Shown here one piece after another: positions 27,049 through 39,400 of a stretch of DNA of 64,000 nucleotides. Under the pieces are notes generated by a model, which saw only the letters and a list, made by a program, of their open reading frames with translations, searched no databases and had not been told where the DNA came from. Made by a program: the position numbers and the translations under genes. The DNA comes from Eukaryota sp. GEM-RC1 (lineage: Eukaryota), in the NCBI GenBank assembly GCA_040285855.1, contig JAUFOQ010000010.1:1922001-1986000 (forward strand), given 5' to 3'. How positions within the stretch are numbered: position 1 is the first letter of the stretch; each line of letters starts with the position of its first letter.

Positions 27049-27346
27049 GTTTGTATGTTTCAATGATCGCACTAATGATCCATGTAACGGAAGTGGCTTT
27101 ATTGCGTCTAGTGACATTTTCTTTGTTTTGTAAAGGTGTTATTTCAGTGATATACAGGCACTTATCCAGGACTGAGACAAATGCCAATTCAATAATTGGG
27201 CAGTTAGGTGCAATTATTACAGACGCTTTGAAATAAATAGAATTTACGCTGTATTTTAGTTGATCAAGAGCTCATACATCAATTTTTTATTCATACAGAC
27301 TTCCTTGTTTGTGTTCCCTAAAAATAATCGGTCTCTGTGTTTGAAG

Positions 27347-27796
27347 CTTAGTACGGAAAACACCGGGCGTGTTTGAACACGGTGTTGAGTGTGAACGTGT
27401 TCTGAACGTGTTGTATTTTTTGAAGGGGTAGTTGCAGTGTTTTTAGTTCTTGATTGTTTCAAGTTCTTACATGAAAATAGTTTCAAATATACGAATCTTT
27501 ACTGAATACAAGGTGGTGAGAACAAATAGTAACTCTTTGGATTCGGCATTGATAGTCACTGATTGAATGTGAAAACCAGTGATCCACTAGAGTACAGTAC
27601 TCAGATTATTTAGTCTGGACCAGACTGATTTAAGTCCAGACTATTGAATATAAAAAAGAACACTTTTGAAGAGATGATTAGATGAAAAGTTTCGGTGGTT
27701 GGGTGGCGGTGTTGTAGCAGTGTTCAATATGGTGTTGAGTGTGAACGTGTTCTGAACGTGTTGTAATTGGATGAACACGTGTTTTTCCGTACTATG
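27347..27796. mobile_element. hAT-type MITE (450 bp), older
   Basis: TIR C(T/A)TAGTACGGAAAA(A)CAC; internal direct repeat GGTGTTGAGTGTGAACGTGTTCTGAACGTGTTGTA at both ends; TSD imperfect (GTTTGAAG / ATTTGGAA). Confidence 0.7.
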
Positions 27797-28156
27797 ATTT
27801 GGAAGCCTTTTTTCCGACTAATTCAGAATTTCAGACAACTTTTTTAGAAGTGGAACGTTTATTTAGTTAAGCAAAGTGAGTGGTTTGGATTGCTGAGTCA
27901 TGGTTTATTTGGTTTACATGTATATAGACATTTTTTTTGTCACTATACTTGATATTCTTTAATGCATAGGTATAACATTTGCTGCAATAAACTGGTTCAT
28001 GATGTATTAAAGATTCTTAATTTTCAATAAAATACCTCCAGCATTTGGTTCTTTATGTAAACAACACTAGTTTGCCGAATACATTGAGCTGCCAAAAGTA
28101 AGACAACGCAGCTGCTCCACAAAAACAGAGCAATTAATTGACAATGCAATTTTTCC

Positions 28157-28502
28157 CAGTGAACGATAACACGTTCAAAAATCGAATCTAACACGTGTTA
28201 ACACACGTGTGACGTGTTAACACGTCTATCACGTGCTATCACGTGTGACGTGTTTGAGTTACAAGACTTTTTCCTGGTTTCTGGTTCGACGATAGATAGC
28301 TGATTTCTTCTACACATTCATCCCCACGATACTCTACATCACTTTAAGGGACTTCTAAAACTGCGTCTTTCATTCTTTTAGCAGCAGAAGGCATTTTCAC
28401 GTCATTCAGACCGAAAATGGTAACCGACATATATAGCGTGTTTGAAATCAGCCAAAATTGCTAACATGCAATAACACGCGTGTTACGTGTTAGCGTTAAC
28501 TG
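28157..28502. mobile_element. hAT-type MITE (346 bp)
   Basis: TIR CAGT(G/T)AACG(A/C)TAACACG; perfect 8-bp TSD ATTTTTCC (28149-28156, 28503-28510); internal ACACGTG repeats. Confidence 0.88.
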
Positions 28503-28643
28503 ATTTTTCCAAGTCATGTGCTTATCCCTCAGGTCGTCTCATTAAACTAATAGACATGCTGTTTTTGGTTCTTAAATGATATTGGACTTTGAACGACGTA
28601 GATTTCTAAATGGTATTTTGTCATGTTGAAAATCGTGTGTCAG

Positions 28644-29960
28644 TTCAATTCGGAGGGAGAACAGGGTCACGTCATCACCTAGGAGATGACGTCATCAAGA
28701 AGAACTGAGACAGAATCAGACAGAAGTTTTGAGTAGCGGACTTAACGGCAGAAGATACATATACTAAAAAAAAGAAGAGAAGAAGATTGAGCAGATGTGA
28801 TGTATTCGTGTCATCTAGTATTTAGAAGAAAATGAACTCAACAAGAAGGAAAGCGGTACTGTCAAAACTGTTACACGAGAGCGGTTATGGCCAACTAAAT
28901 TAGTTGAATGGTGCTGTTGAAATGTAATAAGTCTCAAAGTAAAGAGTCATTCATGTTGGAAGCAACAGCAAGTACAAATAGGTAGATCATCAGGAGCAAC
29001 TGTTGATTGAGGAGTCTCAGAAAAAGGTGACACGTAAGAGCAATGCAACATGGGAAATGGTCGTGAATCGATCCAAGAGTATCTTGCTCATGTTCATGTC
29101 AAAGAATTTCTTCAACGATAACCCTGTTGGGGATAGTGTCAGAGTTTATGTTTGGACTACATGTTCGCAATTGTTTCACTTAAAGAATGTGGCAAATGTT
29201 TTGAATGGCTGTTGATACTGTAGATATGTCTGTATAGTAACGTTGGTTGAGGATCTCTTTCTTGTTCAGTCCATGTCGTCAAAATACGTTGGTCAAGTCA
29301 TGTGATGTCATATCCTCTTGTGTGATGAGCAGTACCACAGAAGTATCGTCTACGGATAGATGAACATCACTAAGCTGAATGATCCCATCGCAGTAAGATA
29401 AGACCATCTCTGCTCATAATTTTGCTTTTGAAAGGGTAGTAGAGTGATCTCAACAACAAAACAACAGTGACATTCCGAGATTCCCTGTCTAACTATGATG
29501 GTCTAAGCGATGTAAAGGGAGTTTGCAATTTCAATCTCAATGACTTCACCTCAACATCTCAGATCTATATCTCGCCACAACTATATTGAAGATAACAGAA
29601 AAAGATACGGTTTGTCTTCATTTATGGGTATGTTATATCTATTTCTTACAGTCATACTCATTATAGTTACTCTTAGCAAACGCAGAGCGACCATTGCTTC
29701 CATGACTAAAGAACTTGCCAATACCTATCAGTGTGAGACTCTTTTTCTTACTATAAGTGAGTCTGGTAATGTAGTGGTACATTCTTCAGATAAGTTCGCT
29801 CCTCTACTACAGTCGAGTGCCTTTCAAGAATTGTTACAGCGCACACTGAATCCAGCTTATACGCCCAAATTTACATACCATATTTCCCATCGTATATGAT
29901 GAACTATCTTGGCCTTGAATCTACCATCTTTCGAGGACTTTGTTCAACTGGAAACTACTT
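28644..29960. repeat. Duplicated segment, copy 2
   Basis: Collinear with 17294-18870. Confidence 0.75.
29540..29899 (+). CDS. SRF/Mcm1-type MADS-box protein (100 aa after splicing the 57-nt intron 29610-29666)
   Basis: Spliced: NYIEDNRKRYVTLSKRRATIASMTKELANTYQCETLFLTISESGNVVVHSSDKFAPLLQSSAFQELLQRTLN, which aligns without gaps to SRF EFIDNKLRRYTTFSKRKTGIMKKAYELSTLTGTQVLLLVASETGHVYTFATRKLQPMITSETGKALIQTCLN. Intron GTTTGT...TACTCATTATAG. Confidence 0.8.
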   Translation: MTSPQHLRSISRHNYIEDNRKRYGLSSFMGMLYLFLTVILIIVTLSKRRATIASMTKELANTYQCETLFLTISESGNVVVHSSDKFAPLLQSSAFQELLQRTLNPAYTPKFTYHISHRI

Positions 29961-31880
29961 CTTGTTTTATATTTGCCACGCAAACTATGCTGAAAATTTT
30001 CAGTCTTCATTGTTGAATGTCCAACTGAAGGTTACCAAATCTCAGCGCAAATGAACAATTGGTTTTAGGATATTTATGGTTCAATAAAGTTGTTGTACTC
30101 ATTAACGAAATGGGCTATGTATGGGAATGAAAACTTCAATTAGACTAAGAGGAATTCTGGTTGCGTTGTTTGATGTACGGTCTGATCTTGATTCTGGTCC
30201 GAAATGTAACAAGCCGTGATGTTTATGGCACGTATGTCATTAGAAAAATTCCATTGCTGTGAGTCCTACAAAATCCAACCTTTCGTTCAGCCACCGTTGA
30301 GATCAATATAAAATTTAAATATATATATAAATGGTGATTCTGATAAGACTTTTGGTAAAAGAAGAGCTGATGTCTTCGTTCTATCAATGATGAACTGACG
30401 TTTGTTGATGTGATTACTGTGGTTGTTTGTTAAAAAAGTACATAAAGAGATGTTAAAAACGAAGTGTGACATCTTGATTTTTCAGAACAATACAAGAGAA
30501 ACAAAAACGATGTACCATTGATGCTCCCAAACATACTAGACATGTTGAATAGAAATTATTTCCTTTTGCTATTTCAATTTCTGGTCAATCTTGGTAAGGA
30601 TGCTCTTGGTTTTCTCTCTGTTTTTGAAATAGTTGTTAAGATAAGAATTAACAAAAAATTTGATCATCGGAGCTGGTCAATTCGCATAGTCTCTACAATA
30701 TTAAATACAATTTCTGTTATGATTTCGAAAATAAAAAATGCTTTATGAGCGCGCAGTATTTTCTATGACGAAAACGCTGATCTGAGTTCTAATAACAATC
30801 AATGTTGCTTTAATCCTTTTAAGTTCTCATTTTTGCACATATCTTACTGTTTTTGTTCCATAAACTTCTGTGTGATTTCGGCGCTATTTATGGCCTTACA
30901 ATTTGCCAAATGATCTTCAATGTAGCTGTGGACAAAAATTAACGTTTTGTCATTTGCTAAGATGTAATCGCTACATAACTAATCTAACTTTTATGATGAT
31001 GCTGTAAGAGACCAAATACATGCTATGTGTAAGTAGTACAAAATTGAATCAATTTGAGATCTCTAGATCCAGATAATAATTGTAATGACGAAAAACAGAA
31101 CCGATTTTTTGGTAAACAGAGAGCAGATGATATTGTCCCTTCTTCAGACAAATTGTATGTTTTCGATATGAATCTACGGACGTATAGGAAAAATTGTATT
31201 AATTGTATAAACGATTTTCGAAAAATCATTAGAACATAGGGAAAGCAAATGTTTTGATCATGAGTCATGGTTGAATCCAATTGATTCTACTATTACTGAT
31301 CATCTCCAAAGTGTTGTAAGCTGTGAGTTCCTTTTATGAGAACAAAGCTGTTGTAAGATTTGATAGCGACGGGTGTTGTTTTAATGATATCAAATTTTAG
31401 TAACTTAGTCTACATGTATTACATTTAGAATATATTAAATGACAGAGAAAGAATAAAAATCCAGTTTGTATATAAAAAAAATTCTGTTCTATAAAGTGAT
31501 AAAGTAAACAACTACAAAAAAATCTGTTTCTTCGTTTGTTGTGACTGAATGAGTACGTACTCTAAACTCATTCACACAATCTTACAGAGCATACATGTGA
31601 TACTAACTTGATGGCAAAGTGTTAAAGTACGAATTGCATTGACGAACTCCAAATGAGAGTTTATCTTTCAAGATGGTATTTAGACCTTATGAAACCAAGA
31701 ATGGTGGAGGCCATTGTCAGCCATTCATTTTCTATTTCTTCAAGTTCCAACTGATATTCCATATCGCTCGGGTCCCAATACAAGCAAGGGGTCAATACTA
31801 GCATAGTGAAGGGTATGCTTGTATAGTTTTTGGGTATGGCAAATTTCTCTTTTGGAACTCTGAAACAGAACATGTACTTA

Positions 31881-32195
31881 ATGAATCTCCCGTTCTTCTC
31901 AGTCCTCATCTTTGTTTTTGTTCTTGTCAATGGTTACCACTCTCAATCTGAATCCCTCTCAAATCTGTCCGGATCAACATCTCGTCCGTCTCATGATGCT
32001 CCGTTATATTCCAATACTGACTGTATGTGTCCTCATCCCTGTGATCAAGGATATAGAGGATCCAGACCGCAATGTATGTCTTCCCTGGAGAAGTTAAAAC
32101 ACTTCTTTTTCCCTCCTTACAGAATGACTTATCAACAAGGCGGTTATTTTTATCCTGGTGTTTGCTCTATTTGTGGAATCCGAAGACATTCGTAG
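31881..32195 (+). CDS. Small putatively secreted Cys-rich protein (104 aa)
   Basis: ATG 31881; hydrophobic signal-like MNLPFFSVLIFVFVLVNG; six Cys (CMC, C, C, CSIC); AATAAA downstream. Confidence 0.5.
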   Translation: MNLPFFSVLIFVFVLVNGYHSQSESLSNLSGSTSRPSHDAPLYSNTDCMCPHPCDQGYRGSRPQCMSSLEKLKHFFFPPYRMTYQQGGYFYPGVCSICGIRRHS

Positions 32196-32357
32196 ACAAT
32201 GGAACAATTCTGAAACATTACAAATTCTGTTCCAAAACTTAATCTGTACAATTGTTTAAGTAATAAAATAAACAGTTTCTGTAAGTAATTGATGTAACTT
32301 GTCGTATGAACGAAGATTCTTAGAACAACTCAACGTCGGAGCAATGATGGTCAGCAT

Positions 32358-32850
32358 TAAGGTGTAGGACCAAAGTCTTGACACTATCTTGACCTGACCT
32401 TTGACCTGATGCTTGATGTCTTGACCTGACCTTTGAACCGATGGGAGAACTGTTGTGTTTTATAGTTGCTGTTCAATTCTTTGTTATGTTGAACTCAAAA
32501 ATAGTAAAACAATTGCTGTATAAATCTTATAATTCAAAATTAAATTTTAATCATGCATTCAGACAGACAAGAGCTTGAGCTTCGTCATCTTGTAAACCGT
32601 GTCATTTTCACCACTGGAAGAATGTTTAATCCACACATGACAGAATATTTAGCTAGTGTAGAACATTTTAGTAAATAACAACAGATCTGTGCTGTCAATC
32701 CATCATTATTTTCAACTAGAGGATATACATTGAGCAGACAAGACCGAATCTGAGATATCGTGACCTGACACGAGACCTGATATGAGATATATTGACCTGA
32801 CCTGATAATCCGAGTTCCGATGATCGTATCTTAACTTTTTAACAGCCTTG
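32358..32850. mobile_element. hAT-type MITE (493 bp)
   Basis: 8-bp TSD GTCAGCAT (32350-32357, 32851-32858); degenerate TIR (T/C)AAGG(C)TGT; subterminal TGACC repeats. A related decayed copy lies at about 58990-59420. Confidence 0.75.
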
Positions 32851-32970
32851 GTCAGCATGTTTTTTCAACTTTTGGTATTCATAAATACCCTCGCTTAAAA
32901 TATTACACTTCAGATCAAAATTTATGTCTTAAGTTTTGTTTGACATAATTAAATTTTATCACAAATGTAT

Positions 32971-33422
32971 ATTTAAGTTCCTTTGGTCTTAAAGAACTCA
33001 CCTTACAAGGATGTCGTTTTGCTGACGATGCTTTGGCAGTGTTATGTGATTTGTTAATGGTCAATACTTCACTTACTTATCTTGAATTATCTTATTGTGA
33101 TTTGTCTGATACAGATTTCCTGAGAATAGTTGATTCTCTTTGACTTAATTCCTCTTTACATGTTAGATCAATGTACTTTGGGGGTAATTTATTTGGAAAT
33201 TGCAGTGCAAATGCATTAGCCGAATTATTGAAAGAAAATACTACACTTTCTAAAATTCATCTTTGGGGTAATTCTATTGGTAATGAAGGTGCTTTAGGGT
33301 TTTCAAATGTATTGAAGTTAAATTACACTATTCAATTTGTTAATCTAGGGAATAACCCTATTAATCAAGGTACTAAAGCAGAGATTCAAAAATTATCCAA
33401 TGGAAAGATTGTATTTCACTAG
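32971..33422 (+). pseudogene. 3' fragment of an LRR gene, near-identical to 40902-41353
   Basis: Direct repeat extending into the 3' flank (to about 33724); premature TGA at 33141 where the paralog has CGA. Confidence 0.9.
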
Positions 33423-34287
33423 AAGTAATCAACAGTCAGTCAGTATTAGTGGGAAATCAATCGAAAATTCGCCACTCTTTGTTGTTACTTCAAGAACTAG
33501 TCAAAACAAATTGACTTTTTGACGAGTTTTGACCTTGTGACGGGGCTGTCATTTGAGTTATCAAAAATTGTTACAAATAAAAAATCTATAATTCTATTGT
33601 TAAGTTGCGTCTTCTTCTATTCATGTAATATACAGTTTTGTTCAGTTAAGCTCATTACTTTGTTAAATTTTTAATTATATTTGTTTGACTGTGGCTGGGT
33701 GAATCTTTTATTATAAAGTGTTGAAGAGTGCTCAAGAACAAGCAGTAGACTTTAAACTGATTACATTTGTGTAGAAATCATTGAACAGAAACATGTTGAA
33801 TAACCGACAACACCATAATTATTTAAACACAAATGCCATTACAAGTGAGCAACATTTCATTATCAGTCATTGTCAACTTACCGCATTCACACTACTAATT
33901 ATATACAGTCGTTGATTGCACTTCATTCTATAAGAACACATCCATCTCAATATAACCAGTCGAGACTTGGATTCAAAAGTTACTTAAAAAAACCAGAACG
34001 TAGCAATCATGTCGATGTTGACGATTACATCACATACGAGTTACAACTTTTCTTTGTAACTGAAAAGGTAATCATAATAAACGAGCTCTCAGTAGGATCC
34101 AACTGTTGTTTGACAACTGTCAGTGGCTTGAACTGAAATGAATTTTACTCAGCATATTCTCTAATAATTCACTCTGGAAGTAATTGTGAACCAAAACTCA
34201 CCACTCGGATGTTCGAGTTTTAACCATAGGAAACTAGTAGTTTTTATTTAAGTAAAACATTTGTCATTTGTACTACATTTGTAAGTA

Positions 34288-36369
34288 GGGATTTATGCAG
34301 ATTTCATCACTGATATACATTAATTGCATTTTTCATCTAATATTACTTTATTTTGCAATCATTGTTTCAACTCATAAAACCTATTTCGTTGGACAGTTTC
34401 TCCTGTCATGACCAACTTGGTCACAATTTTTACACTTACGTTGTCGTGGTCTTGGTGCTGAACCATCTACTACTGTTGGTATCATACTGCTGGCACCTTG
34501 CTGCAACACAATCCACTCTGGGCAGTTTCTTCTGTCGTGCCCAATAATTCTACAATGACCACATCTACGTGGGGAGAGAGGCATTGCTTCCTGATTCTCT
34601 TCCGTTGCTGCTGCGTCAGGTTCTACTTCTTCACTGTCGCTACTCGCATCCTTCTCATCGAATCTCTTTTGATTAAAGCGTTTAGTACGTGAGTACTTGT
34701 CCTTACGTGAAATTGGCGGACGACCTGGCATTACTGTATCTAAAGGAGGAAACACATCACTTTCTAGTTCTTCGATATTCCTTCTATAGTCGATTGGATA
34801 AAATTCGCCATCATACGTCTTCTTAAAATTAGTAACTAAATAGTAGGGAGACACTAAAGATCTGGGGTGAATTCTAACACGTCTCGAAACTGACATTACG
34901 TGAATACATGGCACATCATGTTGTTTCCAGAATCCGCAACTGCACGTTTTGTACTTCAGATCCACAGAAAACACAAATTCGTTTTCTCTCACGGAATACA
35001 AACTGTCGGAGAACGTGGTTACTTCTAAACTGCGAGCTCTCAATATCGACGGCAACAAATACTCTTCAACATCATCAACGAATTCTCCATGCATCTTCAT
35101 TGATTCATCTTTTCTTCTTCTGAACAAATGAGTCATTGCTTCAAAGAAACCGTTAACCATTGAAGTCACTGGCAAAGAGCGAACTGGAAGAAGCCATGCA
35201 TTTAAGGATTCAATGATATTGGAGGTGAGTTGTCCATATCTATTCCCTTCAAAGTGTACTGTCGACCAAGATTCTTTCGGAGCTGACTCTTCCAAATAAG
35301 TATAACCCACTGGGCACTGGATTTGAAGGAGCTGCCAATAGCGGTCAAATTCGTTTAACGTACTCGCTCTTGCACATTTCCAAAACAATTTCATTGCTTT
35401 CTTTCCACCTCTGAACGAGAGATTGTCACTGAGATGTTTACAGCACACAGAGTGGTAGGTTTCTTCACCAAAAACTTCGACCAGCGTACGGGATATGGCT
35501 GCATTTCTGTCACTAATAAATACTGTTTTGTCGTTGATTGCAAAATTGTCATTCAAATTCTCCAAAAAGCTTCTCCAATTTATTACATTTTCCGTTCGAG
35601 TAATTTCAAAAGCTATAGGAAAGAAATGTCCGTTGGCATCAATGCCAGCAGCAGCCAACAATGTTCCCTTGTATTTGGACCTCAGATGAGTTCCATCTAT
35701 CACGATAACAGGCCTTAAAAACTCAAATCCTTTCACAAGAGGTTGAAAAGTAAAGAAAAAAGCGCTCAAATGTGCCATCAGGTGCAACATTCAGCTTAAA
35801 AGGAGAGTTGGGATTAGTGGAGTTGAGACTTTGGAAAAGGGTTTCAGAAAGGTGTATGAGGTATCTAAAGAACCATAAAGTAGTTCGTTAGTGGCCTCTA
35901 GAGCTCGACAGGCTTTACTCGGACTTATATCAATAAAGTACTTGGTTTTTAGCTTCCTAGCAAATACAGATGGACTGGTAATCTTTCCACCTCTTACTTC
36001 TTCTGCCATTAAAATGGCACAGATTTGTTTAGGCAAGGTCGTAAAACATAAGGATTGGCAGGAAGCAATGTGATCGACAAACTTTCTTATTTCCCATTCG
36101 TGGGTGTCTGTGTCCTGAAAACAGTGGATGTAACAGGGACAAGGTGTAGAGGAGCCACATCGTTTATCCCAACGGTTCTGGTTTTTCTGAGTTATGTCGA
36201 AGCTTTTATCACTCGAAAGGAACCAAGAGTAAACATCATGCTGCAAGTGTTGGATGTTTGTATAAGAATGACCTTGTTGAAGAGTTGTATTAGTTGTAGT
36301 CATTAGCAAAAGAGTATTGATGTTAAATGAATTGTTATTTACTTATGTGATGTAAATTGACGATTTCCC
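34288..36369 (-). mobile_element. Complete Mutator-like element (MULE), 2082 bp
   Basis: Perfect 9-bp TSD TTGTAAGTA (34279-34287, 36370-36378); short imperfect TIRs GGGA...ATTT(A)CATCAC; single transposase gene inside. Confidence 0.92.
34381..36309 (-). CDS. MuDR/MULE transposase with SWIM zinc finger and two CCHC knuckles
   Basis: IDGTHLRSKYKG.LL.A.GIDAN, FISDR, H..C..HL, TSNIIESLN, SWIM CSC..W....VPC.H, and CGHC...GH.RRNC plus CKNC...GH.RRNC. The internal TGA (35791) lies in a segment bounded by compensating -T/+T indels whose repaired frame reads NPNSPFKLNVAPDGTFERFF. Confidence 0.92.
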
Positions 36370-36418
36370 TTGTAAGTAATCGTAAATATATTGAAATTCT
36401 CTGTCTCACAACAAATCT

Positions 36419-39400
36419 ATGTGTAAGAACGATCGCTTCTCTAAAGACCCCTCTACAACCCATTTGAATGATCTAAGACCAGAAGCTGATGGTCCGTCAG
36501 ATACTTCCCCCCAATTTCATAGTCTTGCAAGAGTCTTTACTAGTTTCCATCAATGTCCACGTTCTAAGACGTGTCTGTGCTCCTGAATCTGTGAACCGTG
36601 ACCCTTACTCTTATATTCGTCAGCGGCCTATTTACCGAGTCAATCGAATGTCAGAATTCATACATAACATTGGATACGTAAGCAAATCATTCTTTCAAAC
36701 AGCTTGTGTTGCCGTTCAAGTGTTTCTTGCAACTCATGTGTTCAAAGTAAGGCGTTCCGACAACGTTCCCAAACTTGCCAATGTTGCATCTTTCTTCAAT
36801 TCGGAGTTACGTTCTATTCACTTAGAAGTGTGGGAACAATTCCATCCTCCAGATCTTGTTCCTTTTACTTCCAATCATCCACAACATTAGCCTAACCAGT
36901 GAGTTTCCTCATTCCAATGACTTCTTCGATCCACAAAGTCCACTGCTCTTACCCAATATCAGACAACTTTCCGTTGGTTTGATGTTCCAAAGCGATACCA
37001 ATCTTACCTTTAATGAAGTCACCGCCCAGTTTATCCTCGAAAGTCTTACCATTGAAGCACTAGACGTTTATCTCTCTACCCCAACCCAAGCTGATCTTTT
37101 AACTAAGATTGTCTCTTCCAGTAAGTGTCGTTTGAGAAAGTTGACTATTGAGTCAATTTTTGACATGAAATATGAAGATTCGTTTTTCTTAATGATTGTC
37201 GCTCTTGCTAACTGCAACTCTATACGAGTCGTTGCATTCAACAATAGTTATCAGTGGGAAATTTTGGCTCCAATATTTAGCAGCTCATTTATTAACCAAC
37301 TATATGTTTACGGAATCGATTGTAGATCTAAAGATTCTATTGATTCCTTGTCTTCATTATTTCCTCTAAGGTACAATTCATCCTTACAAGAATTGTTTAT
37401 CCATGTTGTTCTTACTAATCCTGATGATATTGCAGATATTTTAAGACATAACACGACATTGAAGCGGCTCAAAATTAATCGTGACGAAGACTTGTGTACA
37501 TTTACATCAGTTTTTAATTCTCTAACGTCGAACTCTTCTTTAAAGGAACTGATTCTATTTAATCGTGGTCCTTGCGACGTTTCCTTTGAAGGTCAAGAGC
37601 TAGAAGCTTTGTGCAAAATGTTACGAAAAAACAAATCTTTGCTTGTTTTAAATCTTCCTAACGACCCGATGAATTCCACTGAATTTGAACTATTTGTTGA
37701 AGCTCTTAAAGAAAATCAAGTCATTGAAACAGTTATTTTTTCACGTGTTTTCAAGAGTTTGAGCTCTTTTGTAAGTGATTGTGAAGCGGTGTGGGCACAG
37801 CAACTGACTCTTTCAATTGATTTTGATCCCCACTATATTGACGTTCAAAATGGAGTTTTTATTTTTGATGGATGTTGTGGCTCTACTCGTGGTGATTCTG
37901 AGGACGGTTCTTCATGTGTACTTTCTTATCACTATTTACAAATAGCTCCTAAAGAAGTTTCATCTCTACAGTCATTTGTTAATAGATTTAGTATCAAAGA
38001 GCTTACTCTTAAGAACTGTATTTTCACTCAAGAATCTACCACTGTTTTGAATAATCTAATCAGAAACAATATTTCATTGACTTCTGTTGACTTCAGTCAT
38101 GATGAAAAGTGTTACAGCCTTCGATCGTCGTCGAAGAATTCTAAGAATATCTGGGATTCATTTGATGATCCTCCTCCAACACAATCTGATGACGTCACTG
38201 TACAATTAATTATGGCAATTCAGTCTAACTCTCGCTTAAAAAAGATTAATCTGAATTATAATTTTATTGGTCTTAACAGCCTGTTAACGGTTTTTGAAAT
38301 GGTTTTAGCTGGTTATTTAATTCCAAATATTCAAATTTTACCCCATTCTATTGATTATTCTCTGGGTGTAATTTGTTATGAAAGTAAGGTAGATACCGCC
38401 GATTTACGTGCACTGTTAAATTCTCATGTCCCTATTAAACGTGTTAAATGTCGTGGAATTAAGAATTTAAATATTGAATGTTTAGTTACCTTGATTCAAG
38501 TTGTTTCCATCAATAATTTGTTGTTAAGCGTCGATATTTCTCCTCACATTATTGACGTTGAAAAGGGTTGTTCTCTTTCTTACCAGAAAGTCTAACTCAA
38601 ATTACTTCTCAAGAAGTCACATCACTAGGGGCCTTTTTGGAAGGATTTACTATCAAAGAGCTTACTCTTCATCAATGTTGCTTTGCAGTCGATGCAATTC
38701 CCATTTTGTGTGACTTAATTAGGGGAAATAGATCTTTGAATTCTGTTGACTTCAGCTACATACAATGTTCTGGTGAAGACTTTTATTTCCCTTGCTGCGA
38801 TAAACCCAATCAGAATTTCTCGAAGTTAATCAATGCGATTCGCTCCAATTCTAATTTAAAGATGATTAATTTCAGTAACGATGATATTGGATTAGATAAG
38901 CTTTTGCTCATTTTTGAACAGTTTAGTACTCACCACATACCACCAATTATCAAAGTGGCTCCTCATTCAATTGATTTTTCTACTGGGACTATTTTTTATG
39001 ATCAACATGTTAATGACATTGATTTAATTTCACTTGTAACTGCTTTAATTTCGAATGTTGATATTAAACGTGTCGAATGTCGTGGTTTGAGAATTGTTCA
39101 GGGTTTGAAAAGTCTAAATTTTAACGGACTTATTGCTGTATTTCAAATTTATTCTTTAAACAAGTCAGTTATAGATGTTAATATTTCCCCTCATATAATT
39201 GAAACTTCTCTTGGTTATATTTATTACGACAAAACGGTTGATAATTATGATTTAATCTCTCTTTTATGTGCTTTAGAGTCGAATGTTAATATTAAACGTG
39301 TCGAATGTCTTGGGCTTGAAACTCTCAGTTTAGAAGGAATTACTACTTTATTTCAAATTTGTTCTTTGAACAAGTCAGTGATAGATGTTGATATTTCGCC

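Noticed and set aside
25859..28502. Short repeated motifs as a CRISPR array or telomeric repeats
   Set aside because: There is no regular repeat-spacer periodicity; the motifs are subterminal arrays bounded by TIRs and TSDs.
30300..31400. Possible decayed hAT transposase (RSWSIR resembling TRW motif)
   Set aside because: Too degraded; no catalytic residues or ends could be confirmed by eye.
35788..35793. TGA-ATG junction in the MULE suggesting two genes or readthrough
   Set aside because: The stop lies inside a stretch of about 75 nt bounded by compensating T-run indels; the alternative frame gives the expected MULE NP.S...DG.F.RFF motif.
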